From: Protoeuglena noctilucae
Taxonomy: Eukaryota
Length of the DNA: 64,000 nt
NCBI GenBank assembly: GCA_958009085.1
Contig: OY253668.1
Coordinates: 1,302,001-1,366,000, forward strand
Direction: 5' to 3'
A program made the translations under genes and the position numbers. Under the pieces are notes generated by a model. The model was not told where the DNA came from. It saw nothing but the letters and a program-made list of their open reading frames with translations, and did no database searches. Position 1 is the first letter of the stretch, and each line of letters begins with the position of its first letter. Below, in pieces: positions 51,409 to 64,000 of the stretch.

Positions 51409-53472
51409 ATGGTGGCCGCCCCTGTGGGGGCGGGGGCCGCGATCGTGGCCGTGGGGGTCGTGCTCGTACGCTACCTGTTATACACGCAATCGGGTCTTGA
51501 CATGACGAGTGAGGGGCGCGCAAGCGTGACGTTCCTACGCCCCGGCCACAACGACCCTTTCTCAGACCTCCTGACTCGCGCGCCCCGCAGTCGCGGTGCT
51601 CCAGAATCAAGTGGACTTGTTGGAGAAGCGGATGGCAGTTGTTTCCGCGGGCCTCGGGCTGGGACCAAAGGTGCGGCCCTGCGGCTGTCCTCGGCATGCT
51701 TTTCAAACGTTAACCGCCGCCCCTGATGGCCCAGCGCCCCCGCGATGCCGCGCAGGACATCCTCTACGCCTCCGCCGCGCTCGTCACGCTGTGGTACGGC
51801 TTCATCATCTTCTTCCTCGTCGTTCCCAACTCGCTCGTCTCGCTTGTGCTGCCCAAGTCCCGCGCCCTCGTCTTTGCGGACAGCCCGTCCCCCTTCCGCT
51901 TCTTTAGAAGCCCTCCTGGTGCGGGCACTCTCCCCGCCGCCGCGAGAGTGCGTCTGCTTTCTCCCGGGGGGCAGGACCGCAGCCTTTCGCAGGTGCAAGC
52001 GCTCCTGGACGATCCCGAGGGACCCCTCGTCGTGGACCTGCGCGACGGTCGCGTGGCTGGCCGCGGGCAGTTGGTGCTCTCTCGCCAGGGTGTCTCGCTG
52101 GTGTCGGGCACGGTGGCGTGCGAGGGCGGGCTGGCCTTGCGGGCCAAATCGTGCGAGGTGGTGGGAGTCACCGTGGAGGGCGTCGTGGGGGCGGACTCGG
52201 TGGCCGTGGATGTGTCCGGCGAGGAGTGCCGGCTGGCGCGGTGCAGGGTGGAGCGCAACGCGGGCTTTGGCGTCCAGGTGGCGCGCCTGCCAGTGCAGCC
52301 CGGGCGTCTGTGCAGGGCTTTACTAGGGCCTCTCTCAGTCCGGCAACTGCGCATGCAGATCGGGAGGGGCGCCCGCGCCACGCTGGCGGGGTGCGAGGCG
52401 TCCGACAACGGCGCCCACGGCGTCCACGTGTCCGAGGGTGCGGTGGTGGTCCTGGAGAACTGCCGCATCTCTGGGAACGTGGACCTGGGGGTGCTGGCGT
52501 CCGAGCGGGGCACGCGCCTGGACATGACGGGCTGCGAGATCCGGGGCAACCGGGGCACGGGTCTGCGGGCTGCGGAGGGGGCCCGCGTGTCGATAGCCAA
52601 AACAGTTGTGACGCGCAACGTCGGCCCCGTGGGCAACGGCGTCATGGCCGACGGTCCCGACACGGCCGTCACCATCACCGAGGTGCGGAGCTGCGACTGG
52701 CTTTTGCCCTGGCGAGCGCTGCCGAGGACCCCATGCATCGCGCGTCTCGGGCCAGCACGCCACCGAGCGCACGCCACCACTCGCCTGCAGGGCAAGGTGA
52801 CCAAGAACCAGGGTTGCGGAGTCATCGCCACGGAGGGCGCTACTGTCACGGCCAGTCAATGCGAGTCCGTGTCTTACAACGACTCGCACCAGGCAAGGGC
52901 TCGCGCTGCACCAGCACGTGGGCTCGCCAGGGTCCCAGGCATTGCCGCCTGTGACTGCGCAACGGCAGCATCCATCCGCTTCGCTCTGCAGGTGTGGGCC
53001 TCCGGGACCGGGACGACCGTGACGGTGGCGGGGGGAGCCAAGTGGCGCACGCAGATGGGCTCTAGCAGGGAGGTGCCGCTGTCGGCGCAGGCCGGCGCGC
53101 GCATCGACGTGTCCATGGGCATCGTGGGGGGTCCAGGGGCGTCGGTCGCTGACGTGGTCGGTCCCAGCACCCGGGTGGTGCTGACGGACTGCAAGGTGAG
53201 GATACATCCAGGGAACGCACTTCACCCCGTTCGCACCCTCCTTGGCTCGAACCCTTGAAGCACGCATTGCCATGGCACGCTCCACCACGGGGAGCTTCAT
53301 CCTTGCATTGTCGCAGCCGCCGCGTGTCTCAAGGTCATGCAGCGTTGGCAATCGTGTTCTGCCCTGCGCGTGCCCTCAGATCGCAGACACCTCCAAGAAC
53401 GAGGTCGTGGCGGCCGTGCTCGAGCCCACGACGTACGTGGACAAGTCGATGGCGCCCGCGGGCGGCATGTAA
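51409..53472 (+). CDS. Membrane-anchored right-handed beta-helix (pectin-lyase-fold) protein, multi-exon
   Basis: Two hydrophobic segments (AAIVAVGVVLV; AALVTLWYGFIIFFLVV) with a short coiled coil between them, then beta-helix repeats (CRVERNAGFGV, CEASDNGAHGVHV, CRISGNVDLGV, CEIRGNRGTGL). TAA at 53470-53472. Confidence 0.72.
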
Positions 53473-53629
53473 GCGGCAGTCCGTCTAACGTGTCTTGACA
53501 GCGAGCGACTACTCTCGAGTGGGACAGGCCGCTGCATCTAGAAGTCAATTGCATGTGACGAATCCACCACGGGCACTCCCAAAGCACAGTGCTCGCTCCC
53601 CGCAACTAGCCCCACACCACCGTGGCCTG

Positions 53630-54998
53630 TCAGCCTCTGCCATGCGCGCGCTCCGACGGCCCCCCTGCCCACGGGCCCCGCATCAAGGGCGCCGCCTCGG
53701 CGGCAAGCGACCCGCCCTTGGAAACGTCGGAAGGGAGCTTGCTCAGCGCACCTGCAGCGACGCATGGGCTCCATCGCTCACAGGCCTGCGACCCCCACCC
53801 TGGCGCAGCATCGCGTTTCACCCTGCTGCACCCTGCTGCGCCCTCACCATTCCCCGAAGTGGGCAGCGTGGGCTTTCCCGCAGCCGGCTGCCCCGCGTGG
53901 GAGTAGAGGAACATGCCGCCCGCCACCAGCGCCACGCCCAGGAGCTGGCGGCGGATGGGCCACTCCCCGAAGATGGGGCCCGAGAGCAAGAGGGTGATGG
54001 CGAGGGAGGCGCTGGTCGCGAAGTTCTTCAAGATGGCCCCGGAGCGAGCGTACTTGAGGATGAAGGCCACCAGGAACCCTGCTGCAACGTGGAGGAACAT
54101 GAGCGCCCAGGCCCATGCGTTAAATCCGGCGAAGATGCCCCGCGCGAGGACGGCGCGGCCGTCGGAGGCGATGACGCCTATCCACGCCGCCGCGGAGCCG
54201 GCCGCGGCCAGCTGCACGTTGCGCATCCAGATGCCGACCTCGGCCCGCTTGAGGAACTTCTCCGTGTAGACGCCCGCGAAGCCGGAGCAGATCGCGGCGG
54301 CCAGGGCGCATGCGAGGCCAGCAAACGTGCCCGTCAGCAGGGCGCCGCCGCCGGAGGCCGCGGCGCTCGCGTCGCCGGCGGAGGTCGGGGCAGAGACGAG
54401 CAGCACTCCGAACAGCAGCGTCAGGAGCGCGGCCCACTGGCCCGTCGGCAGCACATGTCCAAGCAGAATGACCGGGAAAATCCCCGCCGTAAGAATCTTG
54501 AGCTGCTGGACCGCCTGCAGCACGGCGGCGGAGAGGAAGCCGCCCGCCACGACGTTGAGCGTGTTTTGCACGCTGTAGACCACCGCGGGGACGAGCATCG
54601 GTCCGCTTGTGCGCGCTCCCTCGTAGATCGCGACCTGCAAGTCTTGCAGCAAGCCCTTCGAGCCGCCCGGTGCCGTATACCGCTGCCGCTCCTCGGACGT
54701 CATGACCAGCGTCTGGGGAGGGCCGCGGGGCGCTGTGGATGACTATGCAGAGAGATTTCGCTGCAGTCCGCAAGGATGTGCGACGAATCAATTGAAAATG
54801 CCATCACTGAATTCCCCGGCGCACCAAAGAGATGAAGCACTTGGCGAGCTCGCCGAGGGCGATCAGCACGGCCGAGTTGTAGGGCGTCCCCCCCGCGATC
54901 TTCGACAGCCGGATCACCAAGGTGATGGCCGTCCCCTGCGCGATGAGCGTGACCAGCGCCATCACGGCGATCCACGCCCCCGAATTGGCCGGTGCCAT
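53630..54998 (-). CDS. Nucleotide-sugar transporter (SLC35A, UDP-Gal/CMP-Sia type), 2 exons
   Basis: YNSAVLIALGELAKCFISL|...VPAVVYSVQN...QQLKILTAG...QWAALLTLLFGV...CSGFAGVYTEKFLK...IWMRNVQL...GFLVAFILKYA..ILKNFATS. Confidence 0.92.
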
Positions 54999-55407
54999 CT
55001 CAGGCCCCTGATCGGCGCCCTCTGCGCCCGGCGGGCCACCTCTCGCTGTGAGACCGATGTCCTCTGCCCGCCTTGCGCGGGGCGCGCGCGGCCGAGGCGT
55101 TCGACTCAACCTATGCACTGTGTCGATGCTCAGGAAGGCACGAAAATGTTTTCATCGTCACCCAATGCAAGAAGCACGACCTCTCAACTCTCTATCTAGT
55201 ACCATCATGGAGAGCTATGGACAGAGGATGAGGGAGGGGGGCCCTCTTGCTGGCGGTGCGCTGCAGCACAGGCTGTGTCAGCAACTTCAAGCCCCTGCCG
55301 ATGCCTGGCGGGGTGGTGGTTGGGGTACGGCCACTGCGGACCTGCTTGCCGAGTGTGTAAGAGTCCGAAGTCCGAGATGAGTGCGTGAAAGGGTGGCAGC
55401 GCAACAA

Positions 55408-58400
55408 CTAGAACCGCGATGCGTCCTCCTGGGCCCGGATCTCCCCTGACAGCTTCGTCTGCACGTTGTCGATCGTGGTGTCCGACAGATCCAACATCTC
55501 GGACGCCTGGCCCTGCTGCTTCTTCAGCATGCCCCAGTACACCCCTCTGCGAGGCGGCAAGACACGGCGCATCGCCACCCCTCAACAAGAGCGACGGGGT
55601 GGGGAACTGAGCCCGTGGTGGCCGCGCATGGCACTCACCGCCTGGCCACCAGCTCCACGTGCGTGCCCTGCTCCACGACCCGGCCCTCGCCCATGACGAC
55701 GATCAAGTCGGCGTTGCGCACGGTGGAGAGGCGGTGCGCGATGACCAGGACCGTGTGCTGCCGCTCGCGCATGGCGCGATCCAGGGCCTGCGCGCCAGGG
55801 CAACGGTCGATGCAAACGCCTCCGCGGCCCCGATCCAGTCATACCGTGCCTGACGCCCCTCACCTCCTGCACATGCGCCTCGCTTGTTGCGTCCAGGGAC
55901 GCCGTCGCCTCGTCCAGAAGCAACAGCTTGGGCTCTCGCACCAGCGCCCGCGCCAGGGAAAGGCGCTGGCGTTGGCCGCCCGACAGCAGCCGGTCCGTGA
56001 CGTGGGTGCTGCAGGGACACGAACCGTTGCCGTCTGGCGTGTGAGTCGTGCCGGCGGTCAAGGCCCCATGAATCGTGCTATCGAACCACGATGCAGACTC
56101 CCACCCGGTACCTAGTCTTGGGACTCGCCTGTACCCCTGCGGCAGCTCCCGGATGAAGTGATCGGCGGACGCCTGCTGGGCGGCGCGAGTTACGCGCTCC
56201 TGGATGGTGCGCTTGTCGGCCCTCTCTCCCGCGCCCTCCTCGTCCATGCCGTACACGATGTTGTCAGACACCCCCGCACTGAACAGCGGCGAGTCCTGCA
56301 CCACCGCCGCAACCCTCCCTCGGTACCATCGCATGTCCACCTCCCTCAGGTCCACCGCCGTCGACGACCCCGCGTGCGGGCCCGCCCCGCTGCCGTTGCC
56401 GTGGCCGTGGCCGTTGCGCGCGTCGTGGCCGTTCGCGCCAGAGGTCCCCGGCAGGAGCTCCACGGCACCCGAGTCGGGGTCGTACAGCCGCTGCAGGAGG
56501 GCCACCACCGTCGACTTGCCGGACCCCGACGCCCCGACCAGGGCCGTCATGCGGTTCGGGGCCACCTCGATCGTCACGCCGTCCAAGGCCTTCTTCCCCG
56601 GGCGGCCTGGATACTCGAACGTGACGTCCCGCAGCGCCACGCCGCCCTGCCAGTCGGCCACCGTGAGGCCCGCCGGCGGCGCAACTGCCCCCGCCGGGAC
56701 CGCCGGCGGCCCCAGCTGCTTGGAAGGCTGCGCGTCGAGGAAGCCAAGGACGCGCTCGCTGGCCCCGACGGCCTCCATGAAGGACGCAGCCTGCTCCGAG
56801 ACGGCCAGGGCAGCCCACAGCACGAACTCGACGTAGAAGACGAAGGTCGTCAGGCTATCCACCGACATGCGGTCGGTGACCACCAGGAACCCCCCCGCCG
56901 CGATCGCAGCGATCTTGGTAAGCCTGCGACGACGGGGCAGGCGAGTGGCTGACGGCGCGGCTGACTGCGCTGGCTGAGGGAGGGTCCGTCGCGAGTTCAT
57001 GTGAGAGTCACGCGGGGCTCACCTGGTGAGGGTGAGTTGGGAGAAGAGGTAGGACCCATAGGCAAAGGACGAGCGCTGGGACAGAGCGAACATGTGCAGG
57101 AGGCACTCTCGGTACCGCTTGCCCTCCAACGGCTCCGAATTAAAGGCTCGCACGAGTCGATTCAGCTTGAACGCCTCCTCCGCCACCTGGTTGGACGAGG
57201 CGAGTGCGTCCTGCTGGGCGCGTGACAGCACCCGGGAGTACGACCCGTACACAGCTGCGTGGAGGGTGGTTGCAAATGGTTAGTGTGGGCCATTGGCCAC
57301 CTGCGCAGGCAGTGCCACTGAGACGGGCATGTGCTCACCCGTGATGCCCAGCATCAGTAACACGATGGCGCCCGTGAGTGCGAGGAGCTTGGGGCTCATG
57401 ACTGCCAGGTACGCCGTCCCCGTCACCACCTGAAGACCGTTCCTCAGGGCCACGTTGAGGTTCGTGCTGACGGTCCTGGAGATGACCTGGGCGTCACTCG
57501 TCAGCCGTGATGTGAGCTCCCCGACCGGCTCCTTATCGAAGAAAGCCACGTCCTGGGAGAGGATCCGCAGGAAGAGGCGGCAACGAAGGCGGTAGGTCAG
57601 GCGCTGATTCAGGGCGGAGAAGATGATACCGCGGATGCTGGCCAACAGCGAAAAGGCCAGGCTGCAGGCGGTGAGGGCCACGATCGACGGCCGGAGGACC
57701 TCCCATGGCTGCGTGCGTGTAATCGCGAGGATGCACTGGGACGTGTAGTGCGGGATCCCCATCTCTGCCAGGGCCGCCACTGTCAGGAAGAAGAGGCCCC
57801 CTGCAGCTAGGCGCTTGTCCCTGGGGTTGTCCAAAAGCCGGGGCAGCTTCTTGAGGATCGAGCCCTGCGGGGAAAGGGGTCCCGACGAGGTGACCGGGTG
57901 AACGGGTGGGAGGGAACGAGTTGGGAAGATACCTGCCGGGGTGGGCGAGGCATGGTGGACAAGAGTGCTAGTTGTGGGCCGTCACCATGGACTCTGCCGC
58001 CTCCTTCTCCCGTTGCAGCTCCTTCTCCAGCATGCCGATCCACCAGCGCGGCCTCAGTAGCTCTCCCAGCGGTGGCATCGCAAGCCGCGGGTCGTCCGTC
58101 TCGTCCCCCTGCCCTGAAGCCTTTTCATCCCCTCGATAAGCTTCGAACGACGCGGTCGCCGAAGACGCTGCGCTGGTAAAAGCGCCTTTCCCTCCGCGCC
58201 GTAACCTCGCGCGCGAGCGCCACAAATTTGTGCTGGTCGTGCGGGCCCAATCCAGCCCGAAATCCCGATCCGTCTTGGACGGTGTTGATCCGGGAGGCAA
58301 CCACCTGGACCTAAAAGGCAGGCATGCGGCGCTCGCGCCTACAAGCGGCCGCACGGGGCGCACGCACGAGCAAAACGACGCGGCCTGCTCCTGGGCCCGC

Positions 58401-58474
58401 ATCCTCCGCCGCTGGAGAGAGGGGTTCCCGGGCCTCAGGCGCGCTTTGTTCACGGTGCCAATGGCTTGCTCCAA
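55408..58474 (-). CDS. ABC transporter B-family half transporter (TAP-like, similar in type to plastid ABCB26), multi-exon; start approximate
   Basis: [31 protein letters not shown]...VAEEAF...VRAFNSE. NBD: F.YPGRP, Walker [10 protein letters not shown], signature LSGGQRQR, Walker [22 protein letters not shown]. Last exon [10 protein letters not shown]...*. Confidence 0.93.
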
Positions 58475-58726
58475 AGCTTGTTCGGAGGAAAAATGCGTCG
58501 GCGTGGCAGCAGAACGAGCTCTGGTGTTTTACCGCCAGACCCCGTGTCAGCGCAACGGATCGAGACTCGTCCCGCCTCGCAGGAGGACATGGCCTACCCG
58601 CCGAGGCCATGGAGCACATTCTCGCGGACCCGGACCTCCTAGACGCAGCCTGGGCGCCGCAGGAGTGGGCAAACGACCAACTTCAAAACCCCGAGTTAGC
58701 GTAGCACAGGGACTACTAGGCTGAGC

Positions 58727-60781
58727 TTAGGCCCTGTTGGCCTTGGTGAAGGACTCGAGGTACTCGACCTCCTTCTTGGATCCGATGAAGAGGGGCACGC
58801 GCTGGTGCACCGCGTCAGGGCTCACGTCGAGCACGCGCTCCTGGCCTGTAGAGCCCGCGCCGCCCGCCTGCTCCGCGATGAAGGACATGGGAGCGCACTC
58901 GTAGAGGAGCCGGAGCTTGCCGTTCGGGCTCTTCTTGTCCCCCGGGTAGCCGTAGATGCCGCCGTAGAGCATCGTGCGGTGGAAGTCGCCCACCAGGGAC
59001 CCGATGTAGCGCGCCGAGTAGGGCTTGCCGCCCCAGTTCTCGGGCTTCTTCAGCGAGTCTGCGGTGAGCGCCGAGCGCGGGGTCAGTCGGGTCAGCCGCC
59101 TCGCCTCACCTGGTCGTGGCATCTCATCCCGCAGTAGTTACTCACCCATGTAGTTCTGCACGCTCTTGTCCCACAGCTGGTAGTTGCCCTCGTTGAACGA
59201 GTAGATCTTGCCCGCCTCGGGGATGCGGATGCGGTCGTGCGAGAGGATGAACTCGCCGACCAGGGGGTCGAGCGTGAAGCCGTACACGCCGTCACCGACC
59301 GTGAGCACCAGGACCGAGGCCGACGAGTAGAGGCAGTAGCCGGAGCACAGCAGGGAGCTCCCTGGCTGCTGCACCGAGGCCACGCACTTCTTCATCATCT
59401 CCTCCGCACCGTCCACCGACATGTCCACCTGGCACCTGCGGGTGTGCACCGGGCCAAGGGTTCAGTGCGCGGGCGCAGCTTGCATACGCCGTCACGTCCA
59501 GATCCGACGCATGCCGAGCGCGGTCTCGACCCGGCGAAGCGCGGCTCGGTCGGGCTCCCTCCGCCCACACGCCCCGCTGCTGCCCTCACCCCTCCGACTC
59601 CGAGTAGACGCCCCAGATGGAGCCCACCGAGATGCCGGCGTCGATGTTCGAGGACCCATCGAGGGGGTCGAAGACCACCACGTACTTGCCCGAGTACGTC
59701 TCCTCCACCAGCACCGGCACCGGGAGGTCCTCCTCCTCGGACGCCAGCACGCCGGTGCGGCCCGACGAGCGCAGGCAGTTCTTGAAGACCTCGTTTGAAA
59801 TCACGTCCAGCTTCTTCTGGTCCTCGCCCTGCACGTTGGCCGCCCCCGCCAGACCTGCAAGGGCGGCGCGGCGGCGCATCCATGGACATCCGCGGTCCAA
59901 GCCAGCGATGGCGCAGGTCGTCGCTTGCGGAGGAAGCACGGCAGCTGCGGGAGACTCGCCCGTGAGGTTGGAGATGCCGGAGCGGTTCACGAGCGTGGCA
60001 ATCTGCTTGCACGCCAGCGCGATGGAGGCAATCACGACGCCCAGCTCGTTGTCGATGTTGCCCTTGCGCTCCTGCTCGAGCAGCCACGTCGTCAGCGTCC
60101 GCACGGCGTACTGGGAGTCCATCGCGACCTTGGCGGAGTCCACCAGGGCGTTCATCTGCAGGCACCGCCGCGAGGATCACCCTCCAGGGCCGCCAGCAGC
60201 CACCCTGATGCAGCAAGCACAGCCCCCCAGGTCACGGGCCATCTTGCGCAACCCGGAGACAGAGGCTGGTCGCGGCGCGGCGAGAGGCGCGACGGATTAT
60301 CGACCCCAAAGTGCAGGGCCCCAGCGCCCAAAGCGCAGGGGAGCCCGCGTCGGCTTGCGAGTCCGTACTTGCAAAATCGCTTGATCAAAAGCAGCCAGCG
60401 CAATGTGCCGAGGTGCAGGCGTCGCGTTCCGTCACCTGGGCCTTCACCATCGTCCTGCTGCGGGGAAGCTCGCCCTGCCCGACAGAACGGGTCGCCTGCG
60501 CACAAATTCAATAGTGCGGTGGGATTCCAGCGCAGGTCGGGTCCAGGGGAGCGCGGCCGTAGCGCGCCACGGCTGCAAGGCCGACCCCACGTTGCGCCTG
60601 GCGTCGACAGGGGGGCGCCCGTCGCGGTGAGGATTGCGTTGCATCATATATGCGCGGAATCGCTGCGGGATGCCGCGCGCGCGCCCACCTGCGCCGTCAG
60701 GGGCACCGCCTGCTTGGAGGCCCCCTGCTTGCAGGCCCCCGAGGCCCGGAGGGCCACGCTGCTGCCCAGAGCGGCTGCCAT
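58727..60781 (-). CDS. Chloroplast fructose-1,6-bisphosphatase with transit peptide, multi-exon
   Basis: [14 protein letters not shown]...RTMVKAQ transit peptide; [92 protein letters not shown]. Confidence 0.97.
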
Positions 60782-60978
60782 TTCCGTGCTACCTTCACAG
60801 GGGACGGGGTGATGGACTGACCAGCGCCGCAGCTGTCCCCTGCTTGCAATCCTGCACCCCATGCTGCACGCGCCAGTAACACGCCTGGCTGGCCACAACG
60901 ATTTACCGTGACGACCCCGGTTGCTGTCTGTTGGCACATGAACGGCATCGAAGGGCCGGGCCCGCTAGCCATCCAGTC

Positions 60979-62351
60979 ATGCCGGAGCAGGAGTCCTCGA
61001 CCTCCACGTCCGGAGACGAGGGCCATTTAGCGGCTCTGAAAGCATGCGTGGTGGAAGCTTCGTCAATCGGCAAGCAGCCAGCGCCACGGACAGCACGGGG
61101 GACGACGCAGGGTGCCGATGATGGGCCCCCCAGACTGGAGTCGCCTGCTGCCGGGCCTACGCGCGCGGCGGGCCCGCGATGGGGGGCTGGCATCACCGAA
61201 ATGGCGAATGCCAGGTAAAAGGAAGAGACCATCGTTGGCTTCAGGCAATCTGAGGCTCCTCTGGCTTGCGCCGGAGCCCATTGTGTGTGCCTCTGCAGAA
61301 TTGGGAGCGTCACGGCATTCTACGGGAGCTTTGAGGACGGAGCGGGCAAGGCAGAGAAGGCATCCCCCGCCGTGTCGGCTCTCCTCTGCGCCAGGCTGGA
61401 CAGGGAGCTCGGGGAGGGTGCCACCGCAGATGGCAGGCGAGCTGTCGTTCATGCTTTCATGCCGGCTCAGGGCAGGGCTGGATGTCACTCAGTTGGGCCA
61501 GCGTCAGTGCCTATGCCCAGTGCAGGGCGACCAAAGCTGGCCTTCACATGCTGTCCTGCAGGGCTGGGGGAGAGGGGGCCGACGGAGGTGCCATGGCCGG
61601 TGGTGAGGGACGCGAGGGGGGCGCGAACCTCGGCACAGACTCAGTCTGGGACCCGCATTCACGGAAACGGCGGTACCCTTGGGACCCATACGACGCGGAC
61701 GGTGAGGGCCGGGCGTCTGCTAAGGGAATGCTGACTCTGGCAACTTCGTTGCAGAGCAGCTGCGAAAGATTTGACATGCTGCACTAGCGACGTGACGTCC
61801 TGCACAGGCCTGTTGTCGACGACGTCCGTACTCGCATGTGCACCCAGGGTCGGGATGTCGCCTGTACCGCAAGACGAGCCCGGGGGCGCCACTGTCCTAT
61901 CCACTGCACTCCTCCTTCGCGGGCGATGGTCTCAGCACAGGGCATGCTAAGGGAGGCCCTGGAAAGCCTTGGTCGCGGGGCTTCAGGTGCTATGCGGCGC
62001 AGCAGCGTCACGCAGGTTGTTGACCTCACACCCGCCATTCACAGGCCCGTTCCAGCAGGGGATACCTCGTCATCGATTCTCCGCAGGCAGTTGACACCGA
62101 AGCTTGGAAAGGGGGATGGCATCGATGAGGGCAAGCTGCGGGCGCAGTGCCAAGCGGTGGCTGTGTCGATGGGGCAGACAGGAGGCCCCGTTGCCAGCGT
62201 GGCTTCGCCGGCACCCGCTGCGACTCTGCCAGCCGCGGGGACGGTCGTCCGAGACGGCAGATCCGGCGACGTGGAATATGGCCCAAAGCGTCATGGCGTG
62301 ACGGATGGGGCGCGTGTGGCAGAGGTGCTGTGTGGCGGCCGCGTGACGTGA
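60979..62351 (+). CDS. Hypothetical protein, multi-exon, divergent from FBPase
   Basis: ORFs 60979-61214, 61299-about 61701 and about 61850-62351 are flanked by GT..AG sites. No family recognised. Confidence 0.35.
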
Positions 62352-62456
62352 CGCGGATCAGTCGATAGCTATTGACGTGCTGAGCAGCCGCATGGGGGAT
62401 AGACACTTTCAAAAAAGGAACCAGTGCGCGACCCATCTCACAGCCGTGCGTTCGCT

Positions 62457-63078
62457 CTATTTGGGGTTCCGCAGCACCAGGATGACCGAGTCGCCTCTCA
62501 AGAACATCTTAGAGATGAAGCGGTCCCGGTTGACGGGCTGAGACCCCTTCTTGCCCTTGCCCGTCTTCGGAATCTGCGATGCAGGTGCCGAGGGACCCGT
62601 CGTCACGCTCTGCCTCGTGAGCCCGCTCCCCCCGGAACCCCCCCGGGCGCGGCGCGCGTCGGCAGCAACGTACGGCGCGATTCTAACGCGCATTCACCTC
62701 CGTCCACATCTCCTTGACGTTCTCGAGGATCATGTTGCAGTGCCGGTCGAATGCCTTGACCCTCCCAAGCAGCTTGTGGTTGTTCCGGCAGCTCACCAGC
62801 ACCTGCGGATCAATCACATGCAAAGCGTTGCCAGGAGGGCTGGGAGGGACGCCCATCGTCCGCCGGCGTGGCGGATCGGCCCTAGCTGCCACCGCGCCCC
62901 CTTTCTTGAGTCTCCGGGAGCGAGCCCCGCCACGAGCGGGCCTCCGCGCCCCACGACGGCTGCTGCTTGCCTGCGAGTTGGTCTTGACGCTCGTGGTGAG
63001 CACGGAGAGAGGCCCCTTCTGGAACGAATCGATCTCCTCCTTCTCCAGGTCGTCGACCGTCTTCTGGGCCGTCGCCAT
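62457..63078 (-). CDS. SNRPD2: Small nuclear ribonucleoprotein Sm D2, 3 exons
   Basis: [67 protein letters not shown]...[22 protein letters not shown]. Confidence 0.98.
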
Positions 63079-63545
63079 CCCGCCTCCCTTTGCGCGGGGC
63101 ACTGGGGTCGCCCGAACGTACTACCAGGTACCTAGGCGCGCCTCAAGCACGGCCAGCGGGGCAAGGAATACTTTGGCCAGGGATGCGTGTGGGATGGCAG
63201 GTGGGAGGGCAAGGAGGCGACCACGGATTGACGAGGATGACGGAATGGTGTCTCAGAGGAAGGGGGGGCAGCTGTTCCGGCGCCCGTCTGTCAGACGGAC
63301 TCGTTTTGCACCGACGAAAGCCGCCTGCGTGCTGCTTTGGCGCTTATATTGCATGTCACCTGCTCAAACAAATCGTGAGGATCCGTTGCGCTTTCCTGGC
63401 CGTCCTGGGCTTTCTTAGGACGCCTCCTGCGCACCCAGGAATCTCTAGCACAGCGCGCGCATCGTCGTTTGTTAGACGGTCTTCTAACGCACCTGCCAGT
63501 GCCAATTCCCCCGACATCCGGGCAGCCAGGGCCAAGCTTACCAAA

Positions 63546-64000
63546 ATGGTGTGGCGCGCGCGGTGCCTCCGGCCACTGATCCACGAGCGCTCTGTCCCGC
63601 GTAGCGAACCGCACGCTGACTCTTTGTCATGCAAGGCACTGACAGGCTGAAGAAGTGATCGCCTGGATGCGGGGTTTGGGCGCGCGCTTCCCCAGATGCT
63701 GGGCCATGCTGAGCTGGGCCGCGGAACCCCTCCCCGCGCTCGCAGGAGCAGGAGACGGCGAAGTTCAAGTCGCATATGCACTCGCTAGCCTTCGGCGAGG
63801 CCATGCTTGCCGCAGCGCGCGACTACAAGACGGAAATGAAGGCCGCGGAGCATGCGCGGGCCGAGGCCGCCAAGGTCCGCACCCCGCGCACCAGGGCGGC
63901 CATTCGCGCCGTCAGGATGCCGAACCAGTACTTGACGTCAATACGCGCGTTCTCTTCGCAGGGCCACCGCGTGATGGACATGCAGGAGCTGGCCGACGAG
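63546..64000 (+). CDS. Phosducin-like thioredoxin-domain protein PLP3 (TXNDC9 family), 5' part
   Basis: M|EQETAKFKSHMHSLAFGEAMLAAARDYKTEMKA...K|GHRVMDMQELADE resembles the plant PLP3 N-terminus (LAFG...AAAARDYKKE...DLDEL). Runs off the window. Confidence 0.8.

Overview
Gene-dense, GC-rich (roughly 70% by eye) eukaryotic nuclear DNA with many short spliceosomal introns (mostly 60-200 nt). It is almost certainly a green alga: there are plastid transit peptides on GARS, FBPase and a DGAT3-like protein, a plant-type MORN-PIP5K, and an ALMT. OSCP1 suggests a flagellated species. The genetic code is standard, since TAA, TAG and TGA all terminate conserved genes. About 26 genes were reconstructed by manual splicing and recall of family motifs: PHO4/PiT transporter 3' end, two beta-helix proteins, CPSF160, PIG-P, OSCP1, PurD, DGAT3-like, RNase H2A, 14-3-3, LSM5, CAP-H2, NSE3/MAGE, a divergent DDB1/SF3B3-like propeller, F-box+ankyrin, LIN37, PIP5K, ALMT, F-box/LRR, a nucleotide-sugar transporter, an ABCB half transporter, plastid FBPase, SmD2, PLP3 and two unknowns. 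I found no mobile element, CRISPR array or RNA gene, and no clear-cut novel multi-gene system. The strongest unusual signals are: (1) many GC-AG introns, at least 9 with good support; (2) an in-frame TAG between an F-box-like motif and intact ankyrin repeats; (3) abrupt G-rich/C-rich switching of synonymous sites inside single genes; (4) head-to-head genes for subunits of two SMC complexes. No database search was run, and exon boundaries are manual predictions.
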